A stretch of 64,000 bases of DNA from Nitrospirota bacterium (GCA_040756135.1 JBFLZS010000002.1:15949-79948), one strand, 5' to 3'. Positions 1-9,056 are shown, numbered from the stretch's first letter. Translations and numbers: made by a program. The notes: generated from the sequence alone by a model not told the origin.

Positions 1-310
1 CAGCCTGCTTGCTTCGAAGAACACTCGATAGCATGGCTACTCCTTGTTCTGTAAAGGCATATGGATTAGCACGACGGATACCACCCCAACTTGAAGTCAC
101 AAATTGTGACTTCAAGTTTATAAACTCTTGATTTGTAAGTTGAAACATGAAATCTTCTGGGAATCTTTCGATGTTTCTTTTAACCGCCTGTATTAAAACC
201 TTTGGCTCAACGCCATAAAGTTGAGCGATATCTGAACTCAGCATTACCTTCTCTCCACGAATCAAATAGATTTTCCTTTCAATCACTTCCACCGGTACAA
301 GAGTCTTCAT
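1..310 (-). CDS. ORF6N (KilA-N-related) domain protein, C-terminus cut by window edge
   Basis: Manual minus-strand translation from the ATG at 310 gives [94 protein letters not shown]. This is the typical ORF6N-domain signature of prophage/MGE proteins. It is absent from the ORF track because it runs off the window. Confidence 0.7.
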   Translation of the reverse strand, partial: MKTLVPVEVIERKIYLIRGEKVMLSSDIAQLYGVEPKVLIQAVKRNIERFPEDFMFQLTNQEFINLKSQFVTSSWGGIRRANPYAFTEQGVAMLSSVLRSKQA

Positions 311-350
311 ATATGACTCCGATCTGGAATTACAATTTGTGATGTCAAAC

Positions 351-521
351 TCATCTCAATAATCCTTTATCCTTAAAACTAAAATATCCGTTTTTGGTGA
401 TAATGATATGGTCTAAAACTTCAATTCCTAAAATTTTACCAGCTTCTATAAGCCTTTTCGTCATCGTTAAATCGTCTTCTGAAGGTTCTGAGTCTCCTGA
501 AGGGTGATTGTGAGCCAGTTT
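351..521 (-). pseudogene. radC: RadC/JAB-domain C-terminal remnant (N-terminal two thirds missing)
   Basis: Manual translation gives [56 protein letters not shown]. It aligns to the C-terminus of the full RadC at 41501-42160 ([38 protein letters not shown]). It has no start codon and begins 3 nt after the apgM stop. Confidence 0.7.
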
Positions 522-523
522 CT

Positions 524-1732
524 TTACGCTCCAAATTTTTTGAGTCTGCCGGCATTTGCAAGGGCTAAGGACATGAGATTGACTGTAGGGAAGATTCCCA
601 GTTCACCTTTCAAACATTCCCTTTCAGTAAATGCTTTACAGGTATCGCCGAACACATATGGGGAATTTAAAAGAACAGGCACAGGGTGCCAGCTATGGCT
701 TTTAAGAAGAGAAGGGGTTGAATGGTCTCCTGTTATTATAATCACATCAGGGTTTAAAGTAAGCATCTCCGGCAGTGTATTATCAAACTCTTCGATCTTC
801 GACACCTTGCCTTTAAAGTTTCCATCCTCACCATAAGAGTCTATTTTCTTTACATGCAAGAAGAAAAAGTCGTAGTCATTATAATTATTCTTAAGGAAAT
901 CAATTTCTTCAGTGATATCCCCTGTAAGGGCAGGGGCTTCCATTCCAATGAGCCGTGCAAGCCCACGGTACATTGGATAGACGGCGATACAGAGTGATTT
1001 CAGTCCGTATACTTCTTCAAAATGAGGGATATCGGGAACCTGCGAGAATCCCCGCATAAGGACGGAGTTGGCCATCGGCTCATTTTTTATTATCTCGCAG
1101 ATTCTTGAGATTAATTTTTCAACAGTTTTTGCTGTTTTCTTTGCCTGTTGTGTTTCAGGAGTAACAGGTACGACTTTCTTCCCTTCTTTCTGCGGATCTG
1201 TATCTTTTATCGATGCAGATCCTTTTGGGAGGGGTTCGGGAAATCTTAGCACAGCAGCAAATCTGTGTTCCATTCCGGGACCGAAGATTACATCGACATT
1301 ATCAATCTTTTTTATCTTTTCCTGAAGTCTCTCGGTAATCTTCCTGCTGGTATCCGTAGGGATCCTTCCTGCACGTCTGTCCTTTACAATGCCGTTCTCT
1401 ACAGTTGCATAATTCACACGTATGGCTATGTCGGTTTTTTTTATCTCTATGCCAAGTCCGAGAGCCTCGAGCACCCCTCTCCCTATCTGCCATTCAATGG
1501 GGTCATAACCAAAGAGCGATAGGTGTCCCGGTCCGCTGCCTGGTGTAATACCCATGCCAACAGGAATGTGGAGGCCGCATGCAGACTTTGCTGCAAGTGC
1601 ATCAAGATTCGGTTTATGTGCAGCATCAAGTTCTGTTTTCCCGTTCAAAGGAAGGCCTCCGAGCCCGTCAAGGACGATAAGGAGTATCTTAGTGTTGTTT
1701 TTTTGTATAATGTCCTTAATTAAATTTTGCAT
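524..1732 (-). CDS. apgM: 2,3-bisphosphoglycerate-independent phosphoglycerate mutase, archaeal-type (ApgM family)
   Basis: 402-aa ORF. The N-terminal [12 protein letters not shown] and the metalloenzyme-superfamily C-terminal ITGDHSTP motif are typical of ApgM. Confidence 0.85.
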   Translation of the reverse strand: MQNLIKDIIQKNNTKILLIVLDGLGGLPLNGKTELDAAHKPNLDALAAKSACGLHIPVGMGITPGSGPGHLSLFGYDPIEWQIGRGVLEALGLGIEIKKTDIAIRVNYATVENGIVKDRRAGRIPTDTSRKITERLQEKIKKIDNVDVIFGPGMEHRFAAVLRFPEPLPKGSASIKDTDPQKEGKKVVPVTPETQQAKKTAKTVEKLISRICEIIKNEPMANSVLMRGFSQVPDIPHFEEVYGLKSLCIAVYPMYRGLARLIGMEAPALTGDITEEIDFLKNNYNDYDFFFLHVKKIDSYGEDGNFKGKVSKIEEFDNTLPEMLTLNPDVIIITGDHSTPSLLKSHSWHPVPVLLNSPYVFGDTCKAFTERECLKGELGIFPTVNLMSLALANAGRLKKFGA

Positions 1733-1773
1733 GTGAAAATATTACTTCAAAAGTATTAAGGGTTTCAAGCAAC

Positions 1774-1954
1774 TATTAACGGTCTCATAAAAGAATTCAT
1801 ATTTTTCAGAAAATCTCCCCTCGCCCCTCTTTACCAAAGAGGGGTAATCCCCCTTATCAAAGGGGGATAAAGGGGGTTATTCCTCCCTTTGGCAAAGGGA
1901 GGTTAGGAGGGATTTTATGATAATCATGTGCATACTATTTCGAGAATGTTGATA
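1774..1954. mobile_element. MITE-like composite repeat, copy 1 (imperfect TIRs enclosing three G/C hairpin units)
   Basis: The left end is tattaacggtctca. Inside are hairpins 1824-1844 (cccctcttt acc aaagagggg), 1849-1866 and 1882-1902. The right end is degenerate (cgagaatgttgata). It is near-identical over most of its length to 55303-55452. Confidence 0.5.
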
Positions 1955-1973
1955 TCATTCTGAAAAACCTTCT

Positions 1974-2579
1974 TTATTTTTTAGTCCAGTTTCCATTGGC
2001 ATCTTGAATCCACCATCCCTTTTTGGCAGAATCTCGCCTTAATGCTGCAAATTGCTCCACTGCCTGGGGCATTACCCGTTTTAGATTTTCCTCATTTTCC
2101 GGCACCCTGTTTATCCTTATAATTGCCCTTGCCATTCCCTTCATAACAGTCTTTCTATTTTCATTCTCTTGGTCAACAAGCTTTTTATCATTGTCATTTA
2201 ATGTTCCTTCTCTGACGACAAGTAATCCGTCTTTTGCCTCTCCTACTATTCTGCTGTCTCTCAGCCTGTCTATATCAGCAATCCGGGCTCCCATTTCCTT
2301 GTACGCATTGACTACATCCGGCATCTTTTTTATGATTTCTGAAATCTTGTCTGCAAGTCCTGCTTCCTGAGCGTATGCAGATGAAATAAACTCGAATCTT
2401 ATTGAACTCTCCGGTTTGCCTTCAGGTTTTTCTTCGCCAGGTTTCATCAGCTCCTTTTCAAGATTTTTATATGCCTCTTTTACATCTTTTTCTGGAAAAT
2501 AGATATTCACAGTAATAACAGCACATGATACAACAACGAAAAGCAATGCTACAACAATAAGCTTAAACTTTTTTTTCAT
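1974..2579 (-). CDS. YnbE-like lipoprotein fused to a YdbL (DUF1318) domain
   Basis: It has a signal/lipobox (..VVVSC) followed by AVITVNIYFPEKDVKEAYKNLEKEL, which resembles the short lipoprotein YnbE. The C-terminal half (GEAKDGLLVV..LVDQENENRKTVMKGMARA) resembles YdbL/DUF1318. It lies directly downstream of a YdbH-like gene, as in the E. coli ydbH-ynbE-ydbL operon. Confidence 0.6.
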   Translation of the reverse strand: MKKKFKLIVVALLFVVVSCAVITVNIYFPEKDVKEAYKNLEKELMKPGEEKPEGKPESSIRFEFISSAYAQEAGLADKISEIIKKMPDVVNAYKEMGARIADIDRLRDSRIVGEAKDGLLVVREGTLNDNDKKLVDQENENRKTVMKGMARAIIRINRVPENEENLKRVMPQAVEQFAALRRDSAKKGWWIQDANGNWTKK

Positions 2580-2594
2580 CTCCTTACCCTCCCT

Positions 2595-4982
2595 TTATTT
2601 TTTTTCTTTTGCCCTCTGGGCGGCCTCTGTTAGTGTCCACATAAGGTGATCTATTGCAATCTTGTTGTTAAAAGGCGCAACCTTTACAGAAAGGTCTTTT
2701 ATGCCAATAAGGTTTCTATTCGATATCTCAAGTTCTTTAAAGATGACAAAACCATCCTGTAGATAAAGACTCATTATCCCTTTGTCAAAACTTCTGTCCC
2801 CCAGGTATGTTTTTAAAGAAGGGCCTCCAACCTTCTGTAAAAATTCTTTACTTATCTTTGTTTTTTCATCTTTAGTACTATATGTCCAGAAATCTGCCTT
2901 GCCAATAAGTTTGGAAATACCAACTCCGGTTCCCTTTATATTTGCAACACCGTCTACTTTACCCGAAATATATCCTTTAATAGGCTCAATTCCTTCGCAC
3001 AGTTTTGCGAGACTTAGTCCCTTCAAAAGAATACCGACCCTGTATTTAAGCCCATCGGAAATGTTGATGATGCCAGAGCCATTGAGTCTTCCTCCGAATA
3101 TGTTAGCACTAAAATGATTTATATTCAAAACACGGCCTTTCTGATTAAGCCAGATAACTATATTTTCTAAAAGCTCGAAACCATAACTGAAAGAACCGAT
3201 TGTTATCCTGCTGAATCCGCTATCTGAAGTCTTTTGCGAATAATATTTAGTCATGTTATCGAATTCAGAATGTTCGAAAGAAGGTATTTTAATTATTTCC
3301 TGCTTATAATCGGATTCAGCGTATGCAACAGGGATTATGCCGTTAACCGGTCCTGCAAAATACTCATTGTTTTCTCCGGAAAGACTAAAGTTTTTTAACC
3401 TTAGCTCCCCATTTACACTCAATTTACTGTTACTATAATCAATTGAAAAATCTGAGGATAAATAGCCATCAAGGCCTGCATAAAGGAGGCTGTCAGGGAA
3501 TATATTCCAGAAGGAATCTCTGATGTCAGTCGCTTTAACTTCCGGGAGCTTTGCGTTTAATTTTATAGACCTATCTTTATTCATAAATCCTTTCACTGTT
3601 CCTGAAATAATTGCGGATATGCTGCCGGCACCTGCGTCCGACTTAAGCTCAAGGACATCCCCTGCAAATTTAATTTCTGAATCTAAAAAAATATTCTTTA
3701 GGATATTCCTTTTACTTTTTATCTCCAAAACAGAAATACCTTTTGCTTTTAACAATGCCTTTCCATCCAGTGAGTTTAAAGAATTCAAAGTGCCATTAAA
3801 AGCAGCACTCTTAATATTTCCTGATATGCTGTAAGGGATTTCTGAAATTTTTGATGATAGAACATATAAATGACTTGCATCTATATTCTGTGCCGTTAGA
3901 CTGATTTTTACGGGAAAAGGCCCTTCCGAGGTTTTACCATCTAAATTGAGTTTTATTATGCCGCCAAAAACATCAGCCTGAGGTATCTCCGCATAAAAAT
4001 CTTTTCCGTTGAATTTCCCTTTTCCTGCTATTGATGCAGGACTGATGCCATGGAATTGAATCTTTCCTGTTGAAAAAGCAAAGTCGCCTGATAAAGATCC
4101 TATACCTTTATTTAAATCCATAAGGGTATTTATCGATAGATTGATCTCAACGGGCTTATCGAGAAGATATTTCTCAGTCTTCAGGATTTTTAAAACAGCT
4201 TCTGCCCTGACAGATATCTCCCCGCTGGATGGAAGTTTTATATTTACATTTGCTTTTTCAATCCCGGCGTTTATTTTGTGTTTGTTTAAAAGATATTTAA
4301 ATGCAGGAAAAGGGTAATCATCTGATGAAACAGAGATGTTCAGTTTTTTTGGTTCATCCTTCAGATATGCCCATCCATTAATCTTTATTTTGTTTTCACC
4401 TGCATATGAAGTATGACCATTAATTAAAGTTTTTGTCCCGGGCTCGGAAGAAAGGTTTTTCAGATGCAGATTGATATTATCATTTCCGTATCTTTTGTCT
4501 TTATTAAAATCAAAGATACCCGAGTCAATATCAAATTCATCTATCTGGTATTTGATTGTTGGTTTTCTTTTAAAAAGTTGCAAAAGTTTATCAGAAACAT
4601 TCAATCTGCCGTTTCTATCTTTTATCAAGATAAACTCGGGTGAAAAAACGGTTATGTTTCTAAAATAAAATCTTCCTTTGAAAAAATCACTGAACTTCAT
4701 TTTAAGGTAAAGCCTTTTTATACGAAGAAGCTGTCCTGAATCAAACCCTTGAGGGTTCATGATACAAATATCGTAAATGTTTATTCCTGCTGATGGACTG
4801 AATGACAAATCCCCGATATCAACCTTCTGTCCGATCATCAAAGTTGACTCAGCAGAGATCTTTGTAATCAATGTTTTTTTAAAATCAAGGTAACCAAAAT
4901 ATGCGAGAGAAATAAAAAAAAGAATAAAGATTATCAGTATTACAGAGGTTATTTTTAAGATTCTTTTGATATTTATTGGCAT
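2595..4982 (-). CDS. AsmA-like / YdbH-family intermembrane lipid-transport protein
   Basis: 795-aa ORF with an N-terminal TM anchor. The rest is long, beta-rich and repetitive. The C-terminal region is of the type seen in YdbH. Synteny with the YnbE/YdbL-like gene supports the call. Confidence 0.5.
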   Translation of the reverse strand: MPINIKRILKITSVILIIFILFFISLAYFGYLDFKKTLITKISAESTLMIGQKVDIGDLSFSPSAGINIYDICIMNPQGFDSGQLLRIKRLYLKMKFSDFFKGRFYFRNITVFSPEFILIKDRNGRLNVSDKLLQLFKRKPTIKYQIDEFDIDSGIFDFNKDKRYGNDNINLHLKNLSSEPGTKTLINGHTSYAGENKIKINGWAYLKDEPKKLNISVSSDDYPFPAFKYLLNKHKINAGIEKANVNIKLPSSGEISVRAEAVLKILKTEKYLLDKPVEINLSINTLMDLNKGIGSLSGDFAFSTGKIQFHGISPASIAGKGKFNGKDFYAEIPQADVFGGIIKLNLDGKTSEGPFPVKISLTAQNIDASHLYVLSSKISEIPYSISGNIKSAAFNGTLNSLNSLDGKALLKAKGISVLEIKSKRNILKNIFLDSEIKFAGDVLELKSDAGAGSISAIISGTVKGFMNKDRSIKLNAKLPEVKATDIRDSFWNIFPDSLLYAGLDGYLSSDFSIDYSNSKLSVNGELRLKNFSLSGENNEYFAGPVNGIIPVAYAESDYKQEIIKIPSFEHSEFDNMTKYYSQKTSDSGFSRITIGSFSYGFELLENIVIWLNQKGRVLNINHFSANIFGGRLNGSGIINISDGLKYRVGILLKGLSLAKLCEGIEPIKGYISGKVDGVANIKGTGVGISKLIGKADFWTYSTKDEKTKISKEFLQKVGGPSLKTYLGDRSFDKGIMSLYLQDGFVIFKELEISNRNLIGIKDLSVKVAPFNNKIAIDHLMWTLTEAAQRAKEKK

Positions 4983-5046
4983 AATTTATATTACCTGAAG
5001 TAATACGAGAGAGCCTAATCAAACAGAGCGGGAAAGACATAGTATT

Positions 5047-5376
5047 TTATTTTATATCATCAATACCAATAATATTTGCTTCAAGGAGATTTCCTAACAA
5101 CGTAAAACCACCGCACGGTAGTGATTTTTCTTTTTGCTGAATAAAATCACAATCACTTTTGTAAAAAGGACAGGAAATGCACATATTTTGTCTGAGTTTT
5201 TCTTCGGTCACAGGATTGAGCTTCTTCTCAGACGTATCAAAAGTGATTTTCTTTCCCCTTTCTATTAATGTTTCTACTACAAGAAAGCCCATACAGGCAA
5301 GTTCATCATTTTTTGCTGGTTTGTAGAAAGGGCAGAAATTTAGGCACAGCCTTTCATCTAAATTTATCTCATTCAT
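5047..5376 (-). CDS. Cys-rich hypothetical protein with internal duplication
   Basis: 109-aa ORF with two copies of a C-x2-3-CPFYK..C(M/G)GF..L(I/L)E module: CLNFCPFYKPAKNDELACMGF and CISCPFYKSDCDF..PCGGF. It is divergent from the rSAM/SPASM gene. Confidence 0.5.
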   Translation of the reverse strand: MNEINLDERLCLNFCPFYKPAKNDELACMGFLVVETLIERGKKITFDTSEKKLNPVTEEKLRQNMCISCPFYKSDCDFIQQKEKSLPCGGFTLLGNLLEANIIGIDDIK

Positions 5377-5514
5377 AAAAATACTCCCAACCTGTTATTC
5401 CGAACCCCTTCTCTTATTCTGAAGAGGCGTAATCCCTACAGAATCTTCAGGTAAAGATCAGAAAGGGTTCTCGTTATAATGATAACAAAAATCAGGTGTG
5501 TTGTATAATTAAAA

Positions 5515-6717
5515 ATGAGATATTTTCTTGATAGAGACGCTGTCCTTAAATTGATTGAGAAGCCTTCTGTTTATCATATTGCAAAGGATGACCTTTATGA
5601 ACTTGACAGCGATTCCTTTGAATTTCTTAATAATTGTGCATCTGAGAGCGGGTGTAACGTTAAAGAAAATGATTTTATTGATTATTGTCTGAAAGAAGGA
5701 ATATTAACTGTGGATAAGGTCTCGGTAAAACGCCCCCCTCTGATAAAGTCTCCTCATCCCTCCCTTAGGTATCTTGAGCTGCAAATAACGAACAAGTGCA
5801 ATCTGAAATGTAAACACTGTTATATTAATCCCCCCTCACCCCCCTTTAGTAAAGGGGGGAAGGGGGGATTTGAAAAGTTATCCTCCAAACAATCCTTTAG
5901 CGAGCTTTCAATAAACCAGATAAGAGATATTTTGAAAGAATTCGAGGAAATGCAGGGATTAAGAGTTCTTATCACAGGGGGTGAGCCGCTAATTCACAAA
6001 GGATTTAAAGAGATAAATAAAATGCTTCCCGAATTCTTTGTAAGGAAGGTCTTGTTTACAAACGGATTGTTATTAAATAAAAAGGTGCTTAAAAAACTTA
6101 ATGTTAACGAGATCCAGATTAGCGTAGACGGGCTTGAAAATGCACATGACTCACTGAGAGGCAAGGGAACCTTTAAGAGGGCAATAGAGGCTGTTAAACT
6201 TGCTATTGACTCTAATTTTGAGGTCTCTATCTCAACAATGGTTCATTCTAAAAATCTTGGGGAATTTGACGAGATGGAAAGATTATTTAAGGACATGGGA
6301 ATAAAGAACTGGACTGTTGACATCCCATGTATAACCGGGAGGCTACAAGAGAATCCTGAATTTCAGATAAGCCCTGAACAGGGAGGAAAATATCTCAGGT
6401 ATGGTTATGGTAACGGGCTTCATGCAGGCGCATCTGGTTATGCATGCGGGTTATATCTAATGGCTGTGATGGCTGATGGCAGGGTTTCAAAATGTACTTT
6501 TTATTCAGATAGCTCTGTTGGTAGGATTGAAGACGGACTTAGAGAATGCTGGCAGAGGATAAAACCTATAAGGCTTGACGAATTAAAATGTGATTGTAAA
6601 TATATCGAATCATGTAGAGGAGGCTGCAGATACAGGGCACAATTGCTTGGTGACCCTTTTGGCAAAGATCTTTACAAATGCAATTTTTATGGTATAATTA
6701 AAAATACGAATTATTGA
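5515..6717 (+). CDS. Radical SAM/SPASM-domain peptide-maturase-like enzyme with RRE/PqqD-like N-terminal domain
   Basis: It has the CNLKCKHCY (CxxxCxxC) motif, a C-terminal Cys-rich SPASM region (CDCKYIESCRGGCRYRA), and about 85 aa N-terminal with a ..DDLYELDSDSFEFLNNC pattern. It carries an in-frame repeat insertion at 5827-5871. Confidence 0.85.
   Translation: MRYFLDRDAVLKLIEKPSVYHIAKDDLYELDSDSFEFLNNCASESGCNVKENDFIDYCLKEGILTVDKVSVKRPPLIKSPHPSLRYLELQITNKCNLKCKHCYINPPSPPFSKGGKGGFEKLSSKQSFSELSINQIRDILKEFEEMQGLRVLITGGEPLIHKGFKEINKMLPEFFVRKVLFTNGLLLNKKVLKKLNVNEIQISVDGLENAHDSLRGKGTFKRAIEAVKLAIDSNFEVSISTMVHSKNLGEFDEMERLFKDMGIKNWTVDIPCITGRLQENPEFQISPEQGGKYLRYGYGNGLHAGASGYACGLYLMAVMADGRVSKCTFYSDSSVGRIEDGLRECWQRIKPIRLDELKCDCKYIESCRGGCRYRAQLLGDPFGKDLYKCNFYGIIKNTNY
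5827..5871. repeat. G/C palindromic 'KGG' repeat inserted in frame in the rSAM CDS
   Basis: The sequence aatcccccctcacccccctttagtaaaggggggaaggggggatt is a nested hairpin. It encodes NPPSPPFSKGGKGGF immediately after the CxxxCxxC motif. Confidence 0.8.
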
Positions 6718-6757
6718 GCACGAAGCTCAGATTCCTCTATGAAAGGGGGTAATAATA

Positions 6758-6820
6758 ATGATAATCAGAAAGGTGTCAAAGAGGCCCTCACTTACCTGTA
6801 AATGTAAAAGCTCCTGCTAA
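6758..6820 (+). CDS. Candidate 20-aa Cys-rich peptide (possible RiPP precursor), speculative
   Basis: A GGGGG Shine-Dalgarno at 6744-6749 lies 8 nt upstream of the ATG. The peptide is MIIRKVSKRPSLTCKCKSSC*. It starts 40 nt downstream of the rSAM/SPASM stop on the same strand. It is too short for the ORF track. Confidence 0.25.
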   Translation: MIIRKVSKRPSLTCKCKSSC

Positions 6821-6982
6821 TTAATATTCAACTATTTTGCATTCACAATAAGGGTTCTAAAAGCAATGTGAAGGCAAAGCAATCACCTATAAAGGGATTG
6901 CTTTGCCTTCAACTAATGTTACAAGTGGTGAAGATTCTTCAATAACCTTAGGTAATTCATGCCTGAATAACAGAAGACATTA

Positions 6983-7168
6983 TTACTCCAAGGTTATTGC
7001 CTGAGTCGGACATAACTCAATAGCTTCCTGAACGTTGCAGGTATCAAGTTTGTCAGGCCCAATAACATGTGCTTTTTCATCGTCTCCTACCTGGAATACC
7101 TCGGGGCAGGTCTCCTGACATGTGGCACATCCTTCACACAACTCTTCATTAACTACTGGCTTTGGCAT
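6983..7168 (-). CDS. Small single-cluster [4Fe-4S]/[3Fe-4S] ferredoxin
   Basis: MPKPVVNEELCEGCATCQETCPEVF...ELCPTQAI. A strong RBS (AAGGAGGTGAGGATT) precedes the ATG at 7168. The 86-aa track ORF is an upstream extension through a repeat. Confidence 0.75.
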   Translation of the reverse strand: MPKPVVNEELCEGCATCQETCPEVFQVGDDEKAHVIGPDKLDTCNVQEAIELCPTQAITLE

Positions 7169-7300
7169 AATCCTCACCTCCTTACAATTAATTTTATGAA
7201 ATATCTTCCCCAAATTCCCTTTAAAGGGAGGGGAGGAAGGCATAATTCAAAATGCGTTATATTATATAGAAAATCGCTGAAATTTGCTATTACTATTTTA

Positions 7301-7801
7301 TTATGCCCATGGAGTTCCTCCGTCAACAATGCTATGTTCTTCCCACATAAACCAGCTTCCGGTATCTGAAAGGAAAAAATATGTATTTGCAAAGATATCA
7401 TAATGCTGTTGCTCTTCCTTGATAAGTCGCTTAAATAGGGAAAGCTCCTTTTCCGTTTGTGCCTCTGATTCAGCCTTTTTATAAAATTCGACCCCTTCTT
7501 TTTCCATCTGCATTGCTATCTTAAATGCATCAAGCTCGTCTGAGGTTGCTTCAACCCTCTTCATCATATCATCCTTCATTGATTCAAAGATTGTCCTGAT
7601 ATTTTTCATCGGACTAAGTTCCTCAATCTGTATGTTAACATCTTTGAATATTTGAGAGAGCATCTCTAAGTGCCTTTTTTCATCTTCTGTTATACTCAGG
7701 AACATCTTTTTGCCAACAGGATGTTTTGTTTTCTCAGCTGCCTCTCTATAGAAATTTATTGCATCTGTTTCCATTCTGATGGCTAATTCTATAGCGTTCA
7801 T
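7301..7801 (-). CDS. Ferritin-like / rubrerythrin-family diiron protein (no rubredoxin domain)
   Basis: 166-aa ORF. It has two ExxH-type helices (EDEKRHLEM, EEQQHYDIF) and the A..ME.DAINFY pattern. Confidence 0.7.
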   Translation of the reverse strand: MNAIELAIRMETDAINFYREAAEKTKHPVGKKMFLSITEDEKRHLEMLSQIFKDVNIQIEELSPMKNIRTIFESMKDDMMKRVEATSDELDAFKIAMQMEKEGVEFYKKAESEAQTEKELSLFKRLIKEEQQHYDIFANTYFFLSDTGSWFMWEEHSIVDGGTPWA

Positions 7802-7941
7802 TTACTTCTCCTTCTTAGGAATTCTTTAACCGGGGTTTACTTATAGTGAATATAATAAAAACATGTTAAGAAATAATGTCAAGTTTAATTATAATAAGGT
7901 TATCTGTATTTTAGCAAATTTCATTTAAAATTCAGATAAAA

Positions 7942-8925
7942 ATGATGAATTATCCGTCTTATATACAGCTTTATCCTACCTTAAGATGTAATCAAGGGTG
8001 TAGCTTTTGTTTTAACCAGGGTATATCGAGCTCATTTTTAAACAAGGATATGAATCTTAAGGATACGTATTTGCTGAGAGATATGCTTGTAGAAAAGGGC
8101 ATTTCAGAGATAGATATACTTGGCGGAGAACCCTTGCTTGTCCCGTGGATGAAAGATTTTGTAATACATGCAACAGAAGATGGTATCTCTTTAAATATAA
8201 GCACAAATGGCAGTCTACCTGAAGTTGTAGGTCAGTTTGCAGAAGGCCACACAAATTCTATAAATTTCGGGTTTTCCTTTGAGGGCTTCTCAGAAACTCA
8301 TAATGCCTTGACTAAATCAAAAAATTTTTCTAAAGCTATCACAGGACTTAAGATGATGATTGCAGCAGAGAAAAATCCTATTGTGAAAAGTACATTGATG
8401 AAAGAGAATATTGACGAAATTTACGATCTCATTTCTTATTTCGCAGGACTTGGCGTAAAAAGGTATTACATTTTGCATGAGGATATTATAGGGAGGCAAA
8501 AAAACTCGACCTGTTTTTCTTTCCCGGAATTCTGGAAATTTTATTCAAAAATAAAGACAGAAATGGCAGAAGTGTTAGATGTAGGTTTTGTAGCGGCATC
8601 AGGCTTTTACTCATCTGGACTTCAGCTTCAAGGAAGATGTGATGCAGGTATAAAAAAGATTGCGGTATTTCCTGATGGTTCTGCCTTTCCATGCAACCTT
8701 TTTGCAGGCTTTGAGGAATTCCGTCTTGGCAATATACTTGAGGATGGAATGGAAAAGATATGGGGAAATCCATTATTGGAAAAATTCAGAAAATATGATG
8801 GCAACAATAGATGTAAAAGGGATGACTGTAACCATTATCTTAACTGTAGAGGTGGATGCCCGGCACATAGCTATTACTTTTATGGCACCCTTGATAGGGT
8901 GGATCCTCGATGTGGGATTAAATAA
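7942..8925 (+). CDS. Radical SAM/SPASM-domain protein
   Basis: It has CNQGCSFCF (CxxxCxxC) near the N-terminus and a C-terminal Cys cluster (CKRDDCNHYLNCRGGCPAHS). Confidence 0.85.
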   Translation: MMNYPSYIQLYPTLRCNQGCSFCFNQGISSSFLNKDMNLKDTYLLRDMLVEKGISEIDILGGEPLLVPWMKDFVIHATEDGISLNISTNGSLPEVVGQFAEGHTNSINFGFSFEGFSETHNALTKSKNFSKAITGLKMMIAAEKNPIVKSTLMKENIDEIYDLISYFAGLGVKRYYILHEDIIGRQKNSTCFSFPEFWKFYSKIKTEMAEVLDVGFVAASGFYSSGLQLQGRCDAGIKKIAVFPDGSAFPCNLFAGFEEFRLGNILEDGMEKIWGNPLLEKFRKYDGNNRCKRDDCNHYLNCRGGCPAHSYYFYGTLDRVDPRCGIK

Positions 8926-8987
8926 AGATGTATAATTATTCTTATAATGAAGAAAGGAAGTATTAATAGAAACACATTATATAAGAT

Positions 8988-9056
8988 GTCATGCTGAACT
9001 TGTTTCAGCATCCAAACCCAATGCATATGAGACCCTGAAACGAGTTCAAGGGTGAC
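8988..9056. repeat. Intergenic GTCATGCTGAAC..GGTGAC hairpin repeat
   Basis: It contains gtcatgctgaacttgtttcagcatcc (hairpin) ... gaccctgaaacgagttcaagggtgac. A related half-copy lies at 50252-50276. Confidence 0.5.

Noticed and set aside
6739-6801. Alternative mini-ORF MKGGNNNDNQKGVKEALTYL* after the rSAM gene
   Set aside because: It has no Shine-Dalgarno upstream and overlaps the better-supported 6758 ORF in another frame. Its GGGGG is more likely the RBS for the latter.
6983-7243. 86-aa version of the ferredoxin ORF, and the long N-terminal versions of the cytochrome c, b', RadC, cNMP-binding and transaldolase ORFs
   Set aside because: Internal ATGs with strong RBSs match the family N-termini. 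The extensions run through repeats or overlap upstream genes.
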